64,000 nt of DNA from Callorhinchus milii (GCF_018977255.1 NW_024704743.1:57910001-57974000), one strand, 5' to 3'; counted from the first letter of the stretch, positions 13,498 to 26,385 are shown. The notes: generated by a model not told the origin, from the letters alone. Made by a program: numbers and translations.

Positions 13498-13665
13498 ATC
13501 TTTCTGATTAGCTTTTCTGAAAATAGCCTCATTCAATAGAAACTTTCAGTGAATAATCAATAACATCTTTGCAAGTTGATACATATTCACCTTGTGAGCA
13601 TACAATTGTAGCTGCATTCAAAACAAAGCTTTGAAAACATCAAGGACAAGGGCTAACTTGGGTCA

Positions 13666-14635
13666 CTCTGACCTGATAGCCCGCTCTGGCCCGAGAGCCC
13701 GCTCTGGCCTGATAGCCCGCTCTGGCCCGAGAGCCCGCTCTGGCCCGAGAGCCCGCTCTGGCCCGAGAGCCCGCTCTGGCCCGATAGCTCGCTCTGACCT
13801 GATAGCCCGCTCTGGCCTGATAGCCCGCTCTGGCCTGATAGCCCGCTCTGGCCCGAGAGCCCGCTCTGGCCCGAGAGCCCGCTCTGGCCCGAGAGCCCGC
13901 TCTGGCCCGAGAGCCCGCTCTGGCCCGAGAGCCCGCTCTGGACCCGATGAGCCCGCTCTGGCCCGAGAGCCCGCTCTGGCCCGAAGCCCGCTCTGGCCCG
14001 AGAGCCCGCTCTGGCCCGAGAGCCCGCTCTGGCCCGAGAGCTCGCTCTGACCCGAGAGCTCGCTCTGGCCCAAGAGCCCGCTCTGGCCCGATAGCCCGCT
14101 CTGGCCCGATAGCCCGCTCTGGCCCGATAGCCCGCTCTGGCCCGATAGCCCGCTCTGGCCCGATAGCCCGCTCTGGCCCGATAGCTCGCTCTGGCCCGAG
14201 AGCCCGCTCTGGCCCGATAGCTCGCTCTGGCCCGAGAGCCCGCTCTGGCATTATAGCCCGCTCTGGCCCGATAGCCCGCTCTGGCCCGAGAGCCCGCTCT
14301 GGCCCGAGAGCCCGCTCTGGCCCGAGAGCCCGCTCTGGCCCGATAGCCCGCTCTGGCCCGATAGCTCGCTCTGGCCCGATAGCCCGCTCTGGCCCGATAG
14401 CCCGCTCTGGCATTGATAGCCGCTCTGGCCCGATAGCCCGCTCTGGCCTGATAGCCCGCTCTGGCCCGAGAGCCCGCTCTGGCCTGATAGCTCGCTCTGG
14501 CCCGAGAGCCCGCTCTGGCCCGATAGCTCGCTCTGGCCCGATAGCTCGCTCTGGCCCGACAGCCCGCTCTGGCCCGACAGCCCGCTCTGGCCCGACAGCT
14601 CGCTCTGGCCCGACAGCCCGCTCTGGCCTGATAGC
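13666..14635. repeat. GC-rich minisatellite, 18-bp unit GCCCGCTCTGGCCCGA(G/T/C)A, about 54 copies
   Basis: Directly visible tandem array; explains the PERAIG/ARSGPI/GQSGLS repetitive ORFs. Confidence 0.98.
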
Positions 14636-17600
14636 ATTCTCATTTGAGTTGGAATGTTCCAAACTCAAGTTGTACACCATGACTTGTTGAAGATGATGTG
14701 TTTCAGATGCGATGTTGAAGCAATCCTAATCTGCCTGTTTTTATTGAGGTTAATGATCCCATGTGATCTCACGTGGAAGTCGATCTATGATAAGTACTTT
14801 GATAGTGATAAACGTGACCACTGTCTGAAAAAGTATAATTTTTGTGGCCATTAAAACTAACCTCCTGAGGTTCCAAGATGCCATCTAATCCTTTAGAAAC
14901 TATGTAACAAGGCATACATCTTTTCTGAAATCAGTTCAATTTTTTGAGGTCTAAAGTTGTGAAACCCTTTTAACGCCATCTGATTCATAAGAGAGACGGA
15001 ACTTAATTTAATGCCTCAATCAAAAAAAACAATCATCTTGAAATAAACAACAACAAAATTACATGTATAGAGCGCCTTTCACGTCAGGTGGACGTCCCAA
15101 GGCGCTGGACAGTCAGGGTCAGGAGTTTTTCCCAGAGTCCTGGCTAACAATCCCCAATAAAGTCATTCACTTCACGGCTGTTTGTGTGCGACTTGACTGC
15201 AGAGTTCACTCACAGCACAGTATAGCTTGTGAAGCGCTTTGGATGCCCTCTGGATATGAAAGGCATTTTACCAAATGTAAGGATTATTATATTATTATGC
15301 ATAATAAACAAAGAAAAAGAAAAAAGTCCCAATGAACAATGCTCAAACAGATATTGTGCATGCTCTCCACTGAGAATTTCAATGCTCTTCCTAACTTTGC
15401 AACAACTTCATATTTTGTTTTTGAATATTCATTCATTCATAAATCACCTGATAGAATTAATTTAACTGTGTTGTGGTACAGTTTATTTCACAGGTTAACA
15501 ATTTCAAATGAAGTCATGACTTCAAGTTATAATTTGGTCAGTTATTTTAGTTTGTAATTGCGTTTCCTTGTGCTGGTTAGTGAACATCTTTACATCAACC
15601 GTGCAATGTGTGTCTATGTGGATAATGATCAGGAGTAAAAAACTTGAATTATATGAAATCATCGCAGATTATATGGAGTGATGATGTCTAGCTCAAAATA
15701 GTATAACAGTAAATTTAGGGAGCAAAACATTACACCTGATTGTGAGAAATCATCATTATACATAAGAAATAACTAATCTATAATACGAGGCGCTACTGGA
15801 ATAACCAGAGAGGATAGATGGTCACGACCTGACAAGTCATGATGGTGTTAAAGTGAACAGAAAGAATAAGGTCAATTCAAATTAACAGGAAGATGTGGTG
15901 AACATGACAGTTTTGTGTGATCTCCTCGGGCAATTATAATATACCACACCACTTTGATCCACAATTTTTCAAACAAGTTGTCTTCCTGGACAAAAGATGG
16001 TTCAAAGTTTCTGTGATTGCAGGAACTCAAACTAATGGATAAATCATTACTCGCTTGGATTTTTAAAGGCCTTTCATCTCAAGGCTTTTTATTTAACTCA
16101 GTCCTTAAAACTTCAAAATTTAAAGGGAAAACTTAATGTAAAGATAAGTACTGGAAATGTACATTTATCTCTAATAATTTTCTGCTTTCAACACATAATT
16201 TTCTTCATTGTAATTGCGCAAATCCATTAGGACGATATAGGTCAAAGAGGGTCCAGTTTGCAATACTATGGTTCTGCGGGCCTCTTGGCTAACTGACTTA
16301 TTTTCACTGAGTTTTAGCAAAGCCCTCAAAAGCGAAAAAAGGGCTTGAGGAAAGTTGTGAGCTCTATCTGGATATATTATAATTGCAGTATTCAGTACTG
16401 TGGAACACACAAAGCAGTAAGGCCTTGCTCTCATCCTGCTCATCAAAATGGATGTACATATGATTACTCCTTGAACCCTATAATTTTGATTTCAACATAT
16501 ATTCAATTATATTAAATGTTAAACCTATATTAAATAAAATTTATAAAGTTAATCCTATCAAGTTAAACCTATATTATTTTATATTAAATGTTAAGTCCTC
16601 CGAGACACTACCTCGTGTGAATGGCGTTATATAAATGCAAGTTGGTGTTCTTGTAAACCTTAATGGCTTTGTAATACTTCCCTGGCGAGTATTATACTGC
16701 TGCAGGCTACATTCTACAGGTGCAAGATTACATCTTTCATGTACCAATGTGATTTGCCCATTTGGTACGACACATACATTTGCAAGATAGTAGCCACAAG
16801 GGCAACAGATTGATTCCAAAAGTATAGCATAAAAGCAGAAAGAAATCTGTTACCCAGTTGTTCCACAAATACAGCAATTTGGTCTGAAAACTATTCTGTT
16901 TTATGTTACTCAGCTTTTACAGAAACAATTTTTTTAAATAATATTTATTATTGCGGTTGTATTCTTCACTGGGTCATTTATTGGTTCTAATGTCTCAAAA
17001 AAAAGGAAGCTTTCGAAAGAAATATGGATCTGTACCACAAATGAGATTGAGAATTAGGTTTTGAAATTGGATAAGATGCAATGATTTTCACTGGGCATCT
17101 TGCCAGTCTGCTGGCAGATTTGGGGTCTCAATAAAATATTTTATCTAACCAGCAGATAATTTTTTATAAAAGCACTATGCTAGCAGAAAGCTTCTCAACA
17201 GCAATTCAGCTGCTTACAGCAGTACAACCCAAAGTCTAAGTTGAGATGTAATCACGGAATCCACTTCCCAGTATTTATTAATGCACAATATTTAATTAAA
17301 TTTCATTTCCATCATCACCAAGCTTATTCAGACTTTAAATATAATTTCCTCAGTTCTGAGGTTTCATTTGTGATAATTGCAACAGTACAAGTTTTGACTT
17401 CCAAAAGCCATAGAATTTGCAATATTCGGAAAATGGCTAATTGCAATTTCTAAAATCCTGAAAAATCCCGATTAAAAAAAAAGCCTGGAGAGTAGAATTT
17501 CCCACTATGAATATTATCAATCAGACCTCTTTTTCTGTTTTGCTTTCTCTTGGATTTTAAAATCTACAATTCATGCAAGTTTCCCACATTTGTTTTATGT

Positions 17601-19074
17601 CCCTGGCTCTCCAATGCGATGCTCTATCCCTGCAAGTTCCACATGTGAAGAGCTAAGCAATTAAAGTCCAAGGAAAAATGAATGATGTTAAAGAAAAGCA
17701 GGTAACGATAATGTCCACAAACTAATTAAAATGGTGACAATGGAATAAAGAGAACTCTCTCTTTTAAATAGCCATACTAAAAAAAGATACAGAATGGAGG
17801 GAATGAGAACAATGCTGATAGAAAATAAATTCACAAATGAAATTCTGCACTAAAGAACATTGAAAAAGCAAATTGAAAAAGCTCATTGAAAAAGCAAATA
17901 AAATGTAAGAATATAATATTAATATCATATTTTTAAAAAATAAATTAACCTTTTAGTTGTTGTTGCCTTCCAACCCTCCCTCTTCTTTCATAAACACACC
18001 AATTTGTATTGAAGTAAAACCATGTGCTGGTTGAGGCAGAGGATTCAAAGAAGATGCTTGCTTTCTTTCTACCAATGGAGCATGATGAGGATTTAAGAAT
18101 GTAGGTTTACAACATGTTGTAAATAGTGATTACAAACTACTGCATGTGCACAGACTCGTGCTTTCTTGTGCTGATTTGATTTATTTTTACAATTCTTTCA
18201 GAACAATCATTTGATTCAATTTGTATTCATATTTGCTAATAGTTATAGGTGATAAAAAAAATCAGTTTTCTTTTAAGCAGCATGTGAATCCTTGTGAGTT
18301 TAAGATCAGTGAAGGTGCCCAATAGTACACAGTTTACTATAGTTGGGGAAATAAGAGTATACCGAAGCAGTTAAACAGAATTCAAATATACAAAATACAA
18401 GTTACTCCACAGCAGGACTCAAACAAATTAAGAAAGCAAAGGGACTTACTGAAATGAATTGTTTTGAGAGGTTGTTTAAGAGAGTATTAAATGCTGAAGG
18501 TCCTTCACCAAATTCACTTAACTATTGAAATGCTTCTTTTTCTGACTATGCAAAGGATAGCAGAGCCAACAATGTCTGTATATAGAATAGCATTAAACAG
18601 TATTTGCTGGTAGGCATATATTTTTTCTTTCCAATTATGACTGTAAAGGCATTATACATTTCATGAAATATACCAAACATTTTCAAATGTTTGCCAAATG
18701 ATCAGTAATTGGGATATGAACATAGGAGTATGCAGGGCTGGAAAAGACCATTGCAAATCACCTGGTCAATCACAACTATATAAAACATATCTAATTGTAC
18801 ACAGCTCTCTCTCATACACCTTAATCGATTTATTTGCCAAATATCTTAATAAATCCCTCCTGATATTGCTAATAAAATCTGTCTACACCAACTCCCTGGA
18901 TAGTCTAAACCACATTTTCACCATTAACTGTGTAAAGTAATTAAATCAGAATTGTTTGTTCACATCTCTTGTTTAAGTTTGAGTCGGTAAGGTCTAAAAC
19001 ACGATTGTTGTGAATCCTAGTGGGAAAATCTTTTTTCATGGAAATAAATCACAAGTGTCACACCAATTTGTAAC

Positions 19075-19499
19075 AATACTTGCATTTGATTTTGTGCTTT
19101 TTCACGTCTTCAAGACGTCTCAAAGCACTTCACAGAATTTACTGTAAAGTGAATTGCCTGTATATTTGGTGGTCGAAAGCGGCAGGCAATTGTGCACAGC
19201 AGTGTCCCACAAACAATCGTTATTATTATTTTTTTTGAAGGGATTATTACACCCGGAAAAGCGATCCGCTAATCAACTAACAACCGGGTTCCTACCTATT
19301 GCTTGGTAAATAGAAGCTTGTGGTGGTGATCCCTGACTGTCCAGTGCCTTGGAATGTCCTCCTGATGTGAAAGGCTCTATACAAATGTAAACTGTTATTG
19401 TTGTAAGGAAACTTGCCCAACGTTTCATCCTGCCCGGGAATGGAACCCAGGTCCACTCGCTTGCGAGGCGAGTGCTCTAACCACTAAACTACAGGACCC
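19075..19499 (-). mobile_element. tRNA-derived SINE (younger family), full length, with a ~75-nt L2 tail inserted at ~19326-19402
   Basis: Head reverse complement GGGTCCTGTAGTTTAGTGGTTAGAGCACTCGCC; body and tail shared with other copies. Confidence 0.9.
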
Positions 19500-19664
19500 A
19501 GATGGTAACGCCACAGGGAAAATAGACCATATTGGAGGCAGTTCCCACAAAGTGGCAAATAAATTGTCATACTTTAATCTGATTTGAAATGGCCAAATAA
19601 TAAATTCTATTTTTGACTCTGCGAAATAGGAAATTGCAATTATATAGCACATTTATGCAGGTAC

Positions 19665-20052
19665 ATGTCAGATCAGCCAACCAGCCTCATTGGTATGGTG
19701 GGAAGGTCATTCTGGGGGGAGAGACTGTTCACATTCAGCCCTGTTAATCTTGAGAGCCAAATCCCTAACAGGTAGGGTAGTCTTAGCTGAACAAGCAGCC
19801 GGAAGCTTGCCAGACTGCTTTCAATGGCAAACTATAGAGTTTTAGCTGGTTAAATTCCAGCAGCATCCCAAAACACAGTCTTAAGTTCCCAAACCTTGGC
19901 TATTGATGACCCGTTCCTAATACTCCCCAGAATTAGGTAAGCAGGATGCATTCCTCTGAGGAAAGAAGGTGAATTCTATTCCAAACACAAGAACCCTACG
20001 TCTAGTTTGGATATATGATGATGGGGTTTCACATACATGCCTGACCACAAAA
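19665..20052 (+). mobile_element. Unclassified structured element, 5'-truncated copy
   Basis: aacaggtagggtagtcttagctg, ttttagctggttaaattccagcag, ccagaattaggtaagcag, ctgaccacaaaa. Confidence 0.75.
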
Positions 20053-21309
20053 TATATTTTTCAAATTCTGAATCAGTAATAATGCTACAATTGATGTCAT
20101 ATTCAGATAGACAGTTATCTTCCTGTTTAGGTGAACACTAAAGATCCCAGGGTAATATTTGTAAAATGAAGGGGGTATCCACCTATGTGCTGCCTAAGAA
20201 ACCTTCAGATAAACTGGTCATTTACATCATGGCTGTTTGTGGAACCTTGTTAATGTAAATTGCTGCTACGTTTGCCTACAATAGAAAATGAGTCACAACA
20301 ACTGACTAATAAGCTGTGAAATGCTGCGATCATTCAATGTGTTTAGATGCCATTAAATCTAATTACAAGGAAGATTATTCGTTTTAAATAATCCAAGTGC
20401 AATACCACATGCATACACTCCCAAAACAAAACAGACTTGTAAAGGAATGTAAAGGAATATATATAAGTATGTATACAAGAATATAATAATAATAATAATA
20501 ATAATCCTTGCATTTTATATAGAGCTTTTCAGGTCTTCTAGGAAACTTACCTAACATTTATATATTATATAAAACCTACAGAACCCAGCTTTTGGAGAAA
20601 TATATGACACCTGTCAGCAGTGGTGACAAACCATACAGGACAGAAGTATGGGTGACAGGAGCACAGCTATAGCCTTGTAACCGAAGTGTGCTCAAACCAT
20701 GTTCCTGTCACTGTCGCACATTCTTTTTTAAATCCATCAAATAAGCAAAATAGCAACCATGTCAGAAGCTTGGCTGTACCAAAGCATTTGTGAAAATCGA
20801 GGAGTATATTACTAACCAAGTGTTGCTATGGTAACAAAAAAAGACAAGACACCTAATTGCGCTTCTACTGTGAGAAAACAGATTATAAAAAAGCAAGAAA
20901 TGATTAGCACTGCAATAGCAGGTAGTCTTAGAAGTACAGTCCAAACCTGTTAATAACGCAACTTGCTCTTGCACGGGTCAATTCATAAGAACAGGTAGGT
21001 TGTGCAGAATGCAGGAAATAATGCCCGAGTCACTTCCTATTCAATCACTGCACTACATTGTCACCGCTAATTAAATCATTAAAACTAAATTTACAGATGA
21101 CCATCTGTGAAGGCTTAGTGACTTACCAACTGCTGAATTATATTCAAAGATTGATCACCTGAATCCTAAAGTCAAATGTTATCACCTTTGACCACTCCAC
21201 CATATTAAAGCTGGAAAGATCACAAGGACTGCTGCTGACGCATGATTCTGATATTATTACAACAGTACAATAGCTGTGGTCCAACTAGGTGAACTGAAAA
21301 TAAACAAAA

Positions 21310-22470
21310 GCGGAATCAGACAAAGTATCTTGAAATGTATATGTAGCTGGCTGACCGATCGAATCCAGAGGTGGTGATACAGGGAATTTCATCAGGCTGG
21401 GAGAATGTTACAAGTGGAGTTCCACAGGTCCCCTCTTTTATTTAAAATCTTCATGAATGACCTGGAGCAGATGACACAAACCTAATGAAGGTGGTAGACT
21501 GCGAAGATGAACAGGATAGGTTCATCCTGGAGGACTTGAACATAGAATCATAGAACTTTACAGCACAAAAGGAGGCCATTTGGACCATTGTGCCTGTGCC
21601 GGAACATACTTGGGAATTGAGCAGATTGATGGTAGATTAATTTGAATGTAGAGAAATGCAAAATGTTTCACATGGGGACAAAAAATCCAAGAAGTGACTA
21701 TTATTTAAATGGAAAGAAAATAAGCTGTACGGAGAATGAAAAGGACCTAAGAACCTGATCGATAATAAATTGAAGCTATTGCAACAGTGCTCAGTAGCAG
21801 TGAGTTAGGCAAACCAGATGCTGGGCTGTATTAAAAGGGCAATATTGAGCTGAAATAGTGGGTAATCCTGCCACTTTATAAATCACTGGTGCAATCGCAC
21901 TTGGAATACTGTGTGTAGTTCTGGTCACCGCAGTACAAAAAGGATATTGCAGCAATTGAGAGGATACAGCGTTGGGCAAACAAAACGATTGAGGGGATGG
22001 AGGGACTAGACTATGAGGAGCGATTAGGGAAATTGGGCATGTTCACACTGGAAAAGAGAAGATTGAGGGGTGATATGATTAGGGTTTTTAAGATTCTACA
22101 GGGACTTGATAATGTAGACCACGACAAACTGTTTTATCTTGTACTGAACAGTAGGACCAGAGGACACGGCCTGCGATTGAAGGGGGGTAAATTAAGAACA
22201 AATCTATGGAAACACTACTTCAGTGAGTGAGTAGTAAACGTATGGAACAAGCTCCTTAGTGAGATGGAAGCAGAAAGTGTTGATTCCTTCAAAAACTAAT
22301 TAGGTGGATTACTGTTCGGAAATAATATCTCGGTATACCGTATTGTTAGAATTTTCTTAACAGTATATAGTTTGGGACACGACATGTCATGTGACCACCA
22401 GGATGGTGGAAGGAGAACTGGATGGACCTTAGGTCTTCTTCTGCCTAATAAATTCTTACGTTGTTATGAA
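21310..22470 (+). mobile_element. CR1-clade LINE fragment (decayed), with a short minus-strand CR1 tail inserted at ~21541-21600
   Basis: GLDYEERLGKLGMFTLEKRRLRGDMIRVFKI..RTRGHGLRL; ttggaatactgtgtgtagttctggtcacc. Confidence 0.9.
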
Positions 22471-22579
22471 AAATGACTGAATACATTTTTGTTTGTCCAT
22501 AAAACATTCTTATTGTATAACTTATACCATTTTTTAAATGAGTATATATTTAAGAACAAAATTGGATTTTTAAAAAAAT

Positions 22580-22830
22580 ACAATACAAATTTACATTTAT
22601 ATAGTGACTTTCATGTCGGGAGGACATCCCAAGGTGCTGGACAATCCAGAATTTGCACGAGAGCTGGGGTGGAGGTTGAGGAGTGAGGGATGAGGCCCCT
22701 AAAATGGGCCAAAAGCACAGTCAACGAGGAAGATGTTAAGGCAGATCTTGGAGGAGGTGAGGGAAGGCCAGTCATAGGGACTCCACAATCCAGTTCCAGA
22801 GAGAGGCAAAGCCCAACTGACAATGGGGGA
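22580..22830 (-). mobile_element. L2 3' fragment
   Basis: Same tail family as 10430-10672 and 44568-44932. Confidence 0.7.
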
Positions 22831-24803
22831 TGTGAAGCTGATACAATGGGTTGAATGATCTTCTTTTCTGTAAATTTCTATGACTATGTAGAACCTTAGA
22901 AATCCACGGCAGGAGGAAGGCCACTCGGCTCACCGTGTCTATGAGGTAAATCTCCTCTGCATCCTCCTCTATCGCCTTGACATTTTTCCTAAAGTGGAGT
23001 GACCATTACTGGACACAAATATAAAACTAACAATTTATATAAGTTTAGCATTACCTCTTTGCTTTTAGATTCTAAAAGTCCTACCTCTTTGATGCCTCCT
23101 TCAGTCACCTTCCTCCTACCCCCACCCACAAGGCACTATACAAGGCAAGTTGTTGTGGAATAGATAATATGAGGACTATTGTTGTAATTCAATCTGTCAT
23201 CTTGTGCACAATTAATAGTCAGTCACAAAATGAACACAAGTTTGGTAAAACTATAAGTGCATGCGGGATTTTAAACCAGTTAGTTTTCATAAATAATTCA
23301 TTAGAGACCAAACCTTTAAAGCACTTCTTTACAAATTTAGGTTATGAGAGCTTTTTTTATATAAATACAAGCTTAAAATGTATAACAAATCTATGGTGTC
23401 ATGAATACTAATTTAGAATCATGATAACCTGTCGTTCTCTTTTGGGGTATTGGAGAGATTGTGGATTTCCACATTTTTATCTGTACTATAACGGACAGTT
23501 TCTAGGATCTTTGAATAACTAACGTTGACCTTAAATTTAAAACTAGCCTTGGAGGGTTCTCATAAATAAAGATAAAAATGAACTGGCATCAATTGGCATG
23601 GTAACTATCCCTTTGCTAGGGAATAAACATTGAAATTAAACTGACATATGAGATGGATTTATTTTTTAATAGTGTATTATAATGCTGCTTATTACTTCAC
23701 TACTATATATAGACTATGTTGTCAGTATAGTCCAATCTTTTATATGGTTAATCTTCATATCTGCTCTATCTAAAAGCAAGTAACATTTGGTCACAACTAC
23801 ATCCTATCAAAATGAAGTACCATATGATCAATGTTAAACATTAAAAACATTTGAACTATGTATGACCTGTCATTGTTTCGCAAGGCCCAGTAAACATTAT
23901 ATAACAGTATAAATGGGAACAAATTTGACTAAATATAAATGACAATCTCATTAAAACCAGTGAACATTTATCATCTATTATCCAAACACATTAGTAAATA
24001 CAGCTGAAGAAAGTTTACAATATTAAATTCTTCTCAACCTCAAGTTTCTTTCCCTATCTCTCCTTTCCTCAGGCAGTGAGTGACTCAAGCTTCGTATGGT
24101 TCTGTTGGCAGCAGCAGTTCTTCAGTACCTTCTCAAGAAGCTATTTTTTATGTGTGAGTCTAGAAAGCAAAGTACTTTTCTAGTTTACCACTAGCATACT
24201 GATAATCATTTAATTCTATACAAACTAAAATGTTTGCACTGAACCAATATTTTTCCAGAATTTCATATAAACCTCATGCTTAAGTAGAATCGTTGACAAG
24301 ATGCTTAGGATTCTGGCACCAAACTTTTGAAATGATTTTGTCCAGTTTCTCTGTTAAACAGGGAAAAGTGCCAACCAGACACGTTATGCCCTGCAATCCA
24401 AATCAGAAATGACTGGATGTGAGAAGCAAACAAACCCATTGATTATTAGCTACTCTGAATGGGCTTTACTTAATACAGAACGCAAAGTACTTCAATTCGA
24501 TTGTTTGTTTATCATTGTGACCTGTTGTTACCATGCATTGACAACCAACCTGACAAGGAGGAATTAATCCTCCTCCATGATGTATAAAACAGATTATCCT
24601 TCTTAATTACATCTAAATCTACAGTGTCCATGTGTGTGGCAGTTCAATAAGCAGGATCAATCTACTTTTCCAAAGTAATGTTTCTCCACAGAATCTGATT
24701 TTTAGCAGGTTGTTGTATTTCGATTTACTTCATTAGTACCTAATTATAGCCGTAACAAAGATAGAGATATGAGCATTAGGAGCAATCTCTGCAAAATACC
24801 TAC

Positions 24804-24937
24804 CTGACTAAGTTTTCATTGTCTCCAGGCCCCTTACATGTAGCACATTCTGTTCTCGAATCTTCTGATTTTGGTCTTTTTGGAAATGAGGAAGAGGATG
24901 CCTGTCGACGTCTTCTGGCTCGAGGAGGAGTTGGTTC
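24804..24937 (-). CDS. PHF14: PHF14 coding exon, start of PHD finger 4: EPTPPRARRRRQASSSSFPKRPKSEDSRTECATCKGPGDNENLV(R)
   Basis: RTECATCKGxGDNENLV matches PHF14; acceptor gtctag|GAA, donor CAG|gtaggt; 134 nt, phase 0 to 2. Confidence 0.94.
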
Positions 24938-25046
24938 CTAGACATTCACGGCAAAATATTTTTTTTTCCCCAGAGGCCATTTATGCAATATGAAAATTGA
25001 TTTGTTCAAATATATAAAAAAAGCAGAGTCCAAGTGAAATACAAAC

Positions 25047-25103
25047 CTCATTTTTTTCTCCATCAGAACTGGTTCCACGCTTTCGTTTTTGGCCTCTACT
25101 TTT
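25047..25103 (-). CDS. PHF14: PHF14 short coding exon: KSRGQKRKRGTSSDGEKNE
   Basis: Acceptor gttttgtttttcag|AAA, donor GAG|gtttgt; 57 nt, phase 0 to 0; positional equivalent of human RTRGRKRSFVPEEEKHE (recalled, diverged). Confidence 0.82.
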
Positions 25104-25844
25104 CTGAAAAACAAAACAGAATACGTCTTAAATCTGTACATTTTATACTGGTACATTTTGTACTAGTATATTTTCTCAGTCAATGCTTTAAGAGTGAAAA
25201 GCTGCACAGTTTCAGAATTAAATTCCACTGTCTGCAATCATCTGTTAATCACCAGGGTCTGTATAACTTTCTAAATCATGAATAAACCAATACAGTTTAG
25301 GAACTAACACACCGTAATCTGACCGAAAATTGATAATAGGGCTGTGAATCTTTCCCCTCCAAAAACACAAATTTTATTTCGCGCAATCATTTAATATAGC
25401 TCCTGACATTTGCAACACAGAAAAATGCAGCAGACAACTGATGTAGATTTATGCTGTGGTCTGCGTAAGACCTCCAGTTGACTGTATGATATACATAAAC
25501 TCAAAATGTACTGAAACCCTAACTTCAACCAATGTTCGACTTTCACAGGCAGAGGGCTCTCTTGGATGGTTTCCTGCATCATAGATCTAAATAAAAAAGC
25601 AGCAAACAATTGAAGCATTCTCTTCCCCAGTAGTTAATTATAGTAAAAAAATCATTGAAAGCACCACTTGAGAATTTATCTGTTCTCAACAGTTGTTGTC
25701 AATTGTAAAACCTTTCGATTTCTGTTCTGTGTCTCTTCCTTAGACTGGAGACATCAGCCTCACTTTATTTTGTTACCAATACTGTACCTGAATGTATACT
25801 GAATGTTAGTTCTTTAAATAATGTTGAATTTCTTCAAGTATTTG

Positions 25845-26385
25845 TTGGCCTATTATAAAACACTGGTTAGGCCTCAGCGAGAGTACTGTGTTCAGTTCTG
25901 GGCACCACAATTTAGGAATGATGTCAAGCCATTGTAGAGGGTGCAAAGGAGATTTACCAGGATGGTACCATAAATGAGGGACTTTAGTTATCAGGAGAGG
26001 CTAGAGAAGCTAGGATTATTCTCCTTTGAGCAAGGAAGGTTAAGAGGAGACTTAATAAAGTTTTCAAAATTATGAGGGGGTTCGATAGGGTGAAAAAGGA
26101 GAAACCATTTCCACTGATGAGTGGGTTGGAAACTTGAGGACACTGATTTAAAATAGTTGTTAAAAGAAACTGAGGGGAGATGAGGAGGATTTTTTCACAC
26201 AGCGATTTGTTTGAATCTGGAATGCATTACCTGAAAGGGTTGTGGAAGCCGATTCGATAACAACTTTTAAGAGAGAAGTAGGTCATTATTTGGGGAGCAC
26301 AAGATTGCAGGGTTTTGGGGAGAACAGATTCAATTGGATAGCTCTTTTCAAAGGCCTCCTTCTGTGCTGTATAATTCTATGATTA
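25845..26385 (+). mobile_element. CR1-clade LINE 3' fragment
   Basis: High similarity to 41650-42225; tail ggcctccttctgtgctgtataattctatgatt. Confidence 0.9.

Noticed and set aside
12200..13536. ORFs in the L2 region, and in CR1 regions (45180-46831), as functional genes
   Set aside because: Frameshifted, 5'-truncated RT fragments or their antisense shadows
13666..14635. CRISPR-like array
   Set aside because: Units are contiguous with no unique spacers; vertebrate context; no cas genes
13631..14690. Long repetitive ORFs (346 aa PERAIG, 247 aa ARSGPI, GQSGLS) as a novel repeat protein
   Set aside because: An 18-bp GC-rich unit is open in several frames on both strands by construction; no splice or promoter context, and no codon-position bias that I could see
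1..24803. Final PHF14 exon(s) encoding CDECRLCYHFGCLDPP...W.C..C
   Set aside because: No matching sequence seen by eye or in the ORF track; probably beyond the window's left edge (tBLASTn would confirm)
24938..25156. 72-aa minus-strand ORF over the short PHF14 exon
   Set aside because: Different frame from the spliced PHF14 reading and runs through intron sequence
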